Positions 58,325 through 64,000 of a stretch of DNA of 64,000 bases are shown here, in pieces. The position numbers were made by a program, and so were the translations under genes. The stretch's first letter is position 1. Each line of letters opens with the position of its first letter. This DNA comes from Bacteroidia bacterium (GTDB taxonomy: Bacteria > Bacteroidota > Bacteroidia > M30B66). Under the pieces are notes generated by a model. It had not been told where the DNA came from, made no database searches, and was given only the letters and a program-made list of their open reading frames with translations. Location of the stretch: NCBI GenBank assembly GCA_965279035.1, contig OZ257142.1, positions 1,696,001 to 1,760,000 of the forward strand, in the 5' to 3' direction.

Positions 58325-60172
58325 TCAGCGATAGCCTTGAGCTTGTAATTTGAAAAGTGCTGCATAATGACCTTCTTTTTCCATCAATTCTGCATGCGAA
58401 CCACTTTCAATTAATTCACCTTTTTCTAAAACTAGAATTCGATCGGCCATGCGAACTGTTGAAAAACGATGCGAAATAATGAAGGCTGTTTTTCCTTGGG
58501 ATAAACTCGCAAATCGTTCGAAAACTTCATGCTCGGCTCGTGCATCCAATGCCGCTGTTGGTTCATCTAAAATGAGCACTTGCGCATCACGCATATACAC
58601 GCGTCCCAATGCAATTTTTTGCCACTGTCCACCACTCAAATCAACACCTTCGGCAAATCGTCGCCCGATCACTTGATCGTATCCTTTCGGTAATGTGCTC
58701 ACTACACTATCGGCTAAACTCATATTGGCTGCATGATTTATCTTTTCCTGATCATGCTTATCTTCAATACTTCCGGTGGCTATATTTAATCCAGCTGTCA
58801 GTTGAAACTTCACGAAATCCTGAAAAATCACCCCAATTTCTTTACGTAAATCATCCGGATTATACTCCGAAAGTGGATGTCCATCCAACAAAATCCGTCC
58901 TTCAACTGGATCATACAAACGCGCGATCAACTTAACCAGCGTTGTCTTCCCAGAACCATTTTCGCCAACCAATGCAATCTTTTCTCCCGGACGAATCTGT
59001 AAATTCAAATTACGTAAAGCCCAAGATGAAGCATTTTGATAACGAAATCCTACATTTTCAAACACAAAACCTTCACGTATCGGATTGGGAAATGGACGAG
59101 CATTTTCACCGGTACGAATCTTCGGCTCCAACTGAAAAAAGTCATAGAAATCCTCCAAATACAAAGCTCCCTGACTTATCGACGCAAATCGACTTAATAA
59201 GGTTTCCATCAATCCTCGCATACGAGCAAATGAACCCGATAGAAAGGTCAAGGAGCCAATGCTTAAACTGCCTGCAATGGTGCTTAGTAAAATCAACACA
59301 TAAGCGGCGTAATAACCAACAGTACTTATAGCCGCTAACACAGTTCCCCAAGTTGCACGCTGAATCGAAAGTCGTTTATTATCCAGATAATATTTATCCG
59401 AAAGCAATTTGAATCGATCAATCAAAAATCCAGAAAGGCCAAAGAGCTTGACTTCCTTGGCTGTTTCATCGCTTGCAGCGGTTAATCGTAAATAATCTAG
59501 TTCGCGACGTTCGGGAGTAAAACCATGCACAAGCGAATAGCTGCGTTCGTTAAAATGCGTCTCTCCTAAAAAAGCAGGAATGACACTGACGAGTAAAAGC
59601 AGAATGAGCCATGGATTGAACACAATTAATCCAGCCGAAAGTGAAATAAGTGAAATGATATCTTGAAACTGACTCAAGACCTGAGTCATCAGCACAGTAC
59701 GATTGAGGGTTTGTCGACGAGCGCGTTCCAGTTTATCGTAAAAGGTAGCATCTTCAAATTGTTCAATGTCGAGCTTGGCGGCATGTTCCATCAATCGGAT
59801 CGAAGAAGTATTCGCAAACAAATCGCCCAACAGGGCATCCAGCAAAGCAATGAGTCGATTGAGAAGTTCATTGATTAAAGCCAAAGAAGCTTCAATTGCG
59901 ACTAAAAACCACAAATGAGAATGATCGTGCAAAGTGTCATGGGCAATGAGTTGTATGACTTCATCAACAATCAATTTCCCAACGAGCAACAAAGCCAAAG
60001 GCATCAAGGACTTGATAATCCGCAGCGCCAGATTGGCAGCAGTCATAGACGGACTCGTTTGCCAAATAAGTTTTAAAAAAGGAGGAATGTGTTTAAGAGA
60101 ACTCCAGCTTCGTTTGGTTTCTGTGTTGGGACGACGATTACCTCTAAGCAGGACGCGAATTTTTTCAAACAT
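58325..60172 (-). CDS. ABC exporter, fused permease and ATPase
   Basis: TMD then GENGSGKTT, LSGGQWQKIAL, LILDEPTAALD, ISHRFSTV. Confidence 0.93.
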   Translation of the reverse strand: MFEKIRVLLRGNRRPNTETKRSWSSLKHIPPFLKLIWQTSPSMTAANLALRIIKSLMPLALLLVGKLIVDEVIQLIAHDTLHDHSHLWFLVAIEASLALINELLNRLIALLDALLGDLFANTSSIRLMEHAAKLDIEQFEDATFYDKLERARRQTLNRTVLMTQVLSQFQDIISLISLSAGLIVFNPWLILLLLVSVIPAFLGETHFNERSYSLVHGFTPERRELDYLRLTAASDETAKEVKLFGLSGFLIDRFKLLSDKYYLDNKRLSIQRATWGTVLAAISTVGYYAAYVLILLSTIAGSLSIGSLTFLSGSFARMRGLMETLLSRFASISQGALYLEDFYDFFQLEPKIRTGENARPFPNPIREGFVFENVGFRYQNASSWALRNLNLQIRPGEKIALVGENGSGKTTLVKLIARLYDPVEGRILLDGHPLSEYNPDDLRKEIGVIFQDFVKFQLTAGLNIATGSIEDKHDQEKINHAANMSLADSVVSTLPKGYDQVIGRRFAEGVDLSGGQWQKIALGRVYMRDAQVLILDEPTAALDARAEHEVFERFASLSQGKTAFIISHRFSTVRMADRILVLEKGELIESGSHAELMEKEGHYAALFKLQAQGYR

Positions 60173-60281
60173 AGATTATCAGCTTTCAATTCACATACCT
60201 TCAAGAAATCAAGTCGCAATGGCAGAGAATTGAATGTGAACAATGTATCTTGCTATGCCCAAATCCCAATCATCAATGAGT

Positions 60282-62366
60282 ATGATGTTCAAGTACCCAA
60301 TTGCACTATTCTTTTCTGTTTTCGTTTTAATGTTGATTCCACAGTCTTTCTATGCGCAATGTGCTATTGGCGAAAGTTCAGTTAGCCTTGTTGTAACTAC
60401 CGATGATTATGGATACGAAGGGTATTGGGAATTGACCGCAGAACCCAATCCATGCGGAACACAAACCATTGCATTTGGTGGAAACGTCAATGTAGGTTGC
60501 ATTTCTGGATCACAAAATCAAGATCCATCAGGATATGGAAACAATTTAGTTATCAATGAAGGACCTTGGTGTTTGACCAATAATGCCTATTACACCATTC
60601 ATTATCGCGACGATTGGGGTGATGGTGGTTTTCATTTTCGAATTTTAATCAATGGACTTATCGCACATGAATTTTACAATGCAGGTTCTGGTGTTGATTT
60701 TACATTTCAAGTGCTTGATCCACCATTGTACGATTTAGCGTGTTATACCCATGTTAATTCTACCCAAGTTCAAGGCAGATATGTGCAACAACAAGGAAAT
60801 CCGCTTGAAGTTATCCTCTATAATTTTGGTGCTCAAACCGTAACAAGTGCCGAAATATCCTATTCGGTGAATGGTGATACACCTGTTATTGGAACTCTCA
60901 ATGGATTATCTATCGTACCATATACTTCAATAGTTGTTCAACATCCTGTATTATGGACTCCAAGTTCCGATGGATCATATACCATTGAATTTTCAGTAAA
61001 TTCTATTAATGGAAATCCGGATGAAGTTCCACTCAATAATTCCGAATCGGCAGTTTACCTTGTTGGACCAGGTCGGCCTTATCTTTTAGATGATTATATA
61101 AGCGGATTGATTGTTCCAATGAACATTGCTACTTCGGCAAATAGCTTGAGTTCGCCAATCGATTTAGACTTTCATCCAACTTTAACGAAGAAACAGTTGT
61201 GGATTATTAATAAAGGCACTGAAAGCAGCGGCGGATCTACTGTAACAATTGATAATACAGGTGAGGCAAATCAAATTTCAGAATTTTTGCAAGATGGAAA
61301 TGCCTGGCATTTTATGTCTTTACCTAGCGGAATAGCTTTTAGTGATAATGGAAATTTTGCGACTTCACCGGGTGTATTCGATGCCAATCATACAGGAACA
61401 GCTGTAGCGTTTACCGGACCAACCTTGTGGTCGAGCGATCCAGCAATTTATGCCCAACCCAGTGGTGGAAATGGATCACATCTCGATATGTTGCACGAAA
61501 GTCCATACAGCCAAGGAATTGCTTGGGAAAAGGACAATGTATTTTGGTTATTCGATGGATACAACAACGATATCGTTCGTTATGATTTTGTGAATGATCA
61601 CAATCCTGGCAATAGTGATCATTCCGACGGAATTGTTCATCGTTACAGCGATGTTGCAGTTTTGAAAGACCTAAATGGAACAATCAGTCACCTCGAATTA
61701 GATGAAGCGAAGGATTGGTTGTATGTAGTTGATAATGGAAATCAGCGGATTTTTCGAATGAATATTCACACCGGAACACCGTCTGCAACACCACCTTCTT
61801 ATGGTCCACATGAAGGTATGGCAGAATACCTGACGATGACCGGTTATACTTGGGAAAATGTTGTTTCTACAGGATTACTTGATCCAGCCGGAATTGCAAT
61901 TCAAGGAAATCGGATGTTAGTGAGCGATCATCAATCAAATGAAATTATCCTGTATGACATTAGCAGTATGCCCGCCACTGAACTTCGTCGAATAAACACA
62001 TCGGCATTGGGAATTATGGGAATTGCAATTGGTCCTGAAGGGAAGATTTATTATGTAGATAATGCAGGAAATAAAGTAGTTCGATTAGATCCAGAACAAA
62101 TCCCTCTCAATACAAGCGAAATTACTTCCAAAGCATACAGTTTATTTCCAAATCCATCCCAAGGACAATTAGGTATAGCCTCAGAAATTGAACAAATTAA
62201 ACTTCACATTTCGGTTTTCAATTCCATTGGTCAAGCCCTTATTTCTTACCAAACAGAATCAGGAAAAATGACCAATCTAAATATACCTGCTGGTGTTTAT
62301 TTTATTGTGATAAAAGATGAAAACGGGAAATTCTTAGCTAAGAAACCTTGGATTATTTCTAAATGA
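60282..62366 (+). CDS. T9SS type A CTD protein with Ig-like domain and beta-propeller (start approximate)
   Basis: Signal peptide ending FYA-Q; DDWGDG, Ig/CARDB-like N.G...DEVPLNN, propeller blades; CTD LFPNPS...GVYFIVI...KPWIISK. Confidence 0.82.
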   Translation: MMFKYPIALFFSVFVLMLIPQSFYAQCAIGESSVSLVVTTDDYGYEGYWELTAEPNPCGTQTIAFGGNVNVGCISGSQNQDPSGYGNNLVINEGPWCLTNNAYYTIHYRDDWGDGGFHFRILINGLIAHEFYNAGSGVDFTFQVLDPPLYDLACYTHVNSTQVQGRYVQQQGNPLEVILYNFGAQTVTSAEISYSVNGDTPVIGTLNGLSIVPYTSIVVQHPVLWTPSSDGSYTIEFSVNSINGNPDEVPLNNSESAVYLVGPGRPYLLDDYISGLIVPMNIATSANSLSSPIDLDFHPTLTKKQLWIINKGTESSGGSTVTIDNTGEANQISEFLQDGNAWHFMSLPSGIAFSDNGNFATSPGVFDANHTGTAVAFTGPTLWSSDPAIYAQPSGGNGSHLDMLHESPYSQGIAWEKDNVFWLFDGYNNDIVRYDFVNDHNPGNSDHSDGIVHRYSDVAVLKDLNGTISHLELDEAKDWLYVVDNGNQRIFRMNIHTGTPSATPPSYGPHEGMAEYLTMTGYTWENVVSTGLLDPAGIAIQGNRMLVSDHQSNEIILYDISSMPATELRRINTSALGIMGIAIGPEGKIYYVDNAGNKVVRLDPEQIPLNTSEITSKAYSLFPNPSQGQLGIASEIEQIKLHISVFNSIGQALISYQTESGKMTNLNIPAGVYFIVIKDENGKFLAKKPWIISK

Positions 62367-62411
62367 AAAAGAATGGGGCATTTCCTTAAATTCGCAGTAT
62401 AAATTACGCTC

Positions 62412-63170
62412 TTGAAATCTGCCCTTATTCAACTAATTCTTCCGCTTGTTTTGTTGTGTCTTGGATGCAAAAAAGAAGATGCGATAGACCCAATTCCTAC
62501 TCCAGTTCCTACCACTGGAACAGCTTCATTTCATGTTCAAAATAAAGTAGGCAATGATGCGCTGTCTTTAGGTTTGATGCACTATGTGAATGCGAATGGA
62601 GATTCTTTTCAAGTTGATTTGTTGAAATATTATATCAGTCATTTCGAATGGTTGCGCGCAGATGGAACTTCCTTTCATTCTGAAAATTATCAGCTAATCA
62701 ACCAATCAAATCCATCCAGCCTCGATTTTAATTTGAGCAATATTCCAAATGGGACTTATACTGGTTTGCGATTTTATTTAGGAGTTGATTCTTTGAGTAA
62801 TCACACCTTAACGAATAATGATGCTTTAGACGCTTCTTCGGGAATGATTTGGAGTTGGAATACTGGCTATATTTTCTTCAAACACGAAGGTAAGTATGTT
62901 GATTCCAATCATGTTCATCAACCACTCCTTTATCACTATGGAACCGATCGTGGATACGCTACCGTAAATCTACCACTCGATCATTTAATTATCAATTCAG
63001 ATACACGTTCCTTGAATCTTCAATTTGATTTAGCCCAATTATATAGCAATCCCAATCTCATCGACTTTTCTATCTGGAACAACAATCAATCGCTTACAAC
63101 ACAAGAATATCCTTGGATTGATGCAATGAAGCAGAATTTTTCTCAAAGTTTTTCAGTCAGTATTCAATGA
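62412..63170 (+). CDS. mbnP: MbnP-family copper-binding lipoprotein
   Basis: Lipobox LGC, LKYYISH, F.LGVDS..NH, GMIWSWNTGYIFFKHEG (WxW), YHYG; directly upstream of a diheme peroxidase. Confidence 0.82.
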   Translation: MKSALIQLILPLVLLCLGCKKEDAIDPIPTPVPTTGTASFHVQNKVGNDALSLGLMHYVNANGDSFQVDLLKYYISHFEWLRADGTSFHSENYQLINQSNPSSLDFNLSNIPNGTYTGLRFYLGVDSLSNHTLTNNDALDASSGMIWSWNTGYIFFKHEGKYVDSNHVHQPLLYHYGTDRGYATVNLPLDHLIINSDTRSLNLQFDLAQLYSNPNLIDFSIWNNNQSLTTQEYPWIDAMKQNFSQSFSVSIQ

Positions 63171-64000
63171 TGAAGTCGCCTGCGATCCTGAAAAGCGTAT
63201 TGACTTTAACCTTGTTCGGTTTGATCCTATTTCAAGCATGTACCAAGGACGAAACTGCCATTTCGATCAATGATACGTTTTCGCCTACACCATACACGAT
63301 TGTAGTTCCTCAAGGACTTCCTGCAATGCAGATTCCCGCCGATAATCCAATGACTGTCGAAGGAATTGCTTTAGGTAAAAAGCTGTTTTATGATCCCATT
63401 TTATCGGCCGATAATTCCATTTCGTGCAGCTCATGTCATTTGCAAGCATTTGGTTTTACCGATAGTCTTCGCCGTTTTAGCAAAGGCATTGACCACATCG
63501 AAGGAACCCGAAATTCGATGCCTTTGATTAATCTTGGCTGGGAACGGAATTTCTTTTGGGATGGCGGTGCGAGTAATTTAGAATCGCAGGTTGCTGGTCC
63601 AATTACCAACCCAATCGAAATGCACGAAACATTGGCAAATGCTGTGTCTAAGCTCAACGCACATCCCCAATATCCTGCATTATTCAAAAAAGCCTTTGGT
63701 TCCGAAATCGTTTCAACTGCGAATCTCATGAAGGCTATTGCTCAGTTTGAACGTACATTGATATCAGGAAACTCGCGTTTCGATAAATACATGCAACAAG
63801 GTGTTCCTTTAAGCGAACAGGAAATTCGTGGAATGGAAGTATTCATCAGCTTCTTTAAAGGCGATTGTGTGCATTGTCACGTAATGGGCAGCACCTTTAC
63901 CGATCATGAATTTCGAAACAATGGACTCGATTCCGTATCGGTCGATTTAGGTCGTGGACGCATCACCCTCAATCCTTCCGACAATGGGAAATTTAAAACT
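63167..64000 (+). CDS. mbnH: Diheme cytochrome c peroxidase, MbnH/MauG family (partial, runs off the right edge)
   Basis: Not in the ORF track. Manual translation from 63167: lipobox FQAC, PADNPMT, LGKKLFYD..LS, CSSCH, RN, FWDG, second heme CVHCH, GKFKT. Confidence 0.88.
   Translation, partial: MMKSPAILKSVLTLTLFGLILFQACTKDETAISINDTFSPTPYTIVVPQGLPAMQIPADNPMTVEGIALGKKLFYDPILSADNSISCSSCHLQAFGFTDSLRRFSKGIDHIEGTRNSMPLINLGWERNFFWDGGASNLESQVAGPITNPIEMHETLANAVSKLNAHPQYPALFKKAFGSEIVSTANLMKAIAQFERTLISGNSRFDKYMQQGVPLSEQEIRGMEVFISFFKGDCVHCHVMGSTFTDHEFRNNGLDSVSVDLGRGRITLNPSDNGKFKT

Noticed and set aside
1-64000. CRISPR array, rRNA, transposase/integrase or prophage
   Set aside because: No regularly spaced repeats, rRNA signatures, DDE or tyrosine-recombinase motifs, or phage structural genes were seen by eye.

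Overview
Chromosomal window from a Bacteroidota bacterium. Evidence for the lineage: TAnnTTTG-type -7 promoter elements, three T9SS C-terminal-domain proteins, the purH-mreBCD-mrdA-rodA and coaX-lptC-ppiD clusters, and bshB1. Most of the window is housekeeping and envelope genes, with tRNA-His(GUG) and tRNA-Phe(GAA). No CRISPR array, rRNA, integrase or transposase was seen. Three segments look more AT-rich by eye: an ABC exporter plus CsbD/lmo0937 stress cluster at 1-4.6 kb, a dinD remnant near 25.2-25.5 kb, and a toxin-antitoxin pair at 56.8-57.3 kb whose toxin is frameshifted. The best candidate for an undescribed system is 45-55 kb. There a SiaB kinase and SiaC (Thr68 conserved) lie without SiaA or SiaD in the window. 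They are preceded by a lipoprotein and an exported protein, sit divergent from a 1486-aa exported protein, and converge on an ABCG-like transporter with a TerB-like N-terminal extension. Other notable items: a stand-alone, apparently exported class II terpene-cyclase-like protein (DxDDT motif), a glutathione-peroxidase-family enzyme fused to a T9SS signal, and a His/Met-rich T9SS propeller directly upstream of mbnP-mbnH. All family calls come from motif recognition by eye; no database search was run.
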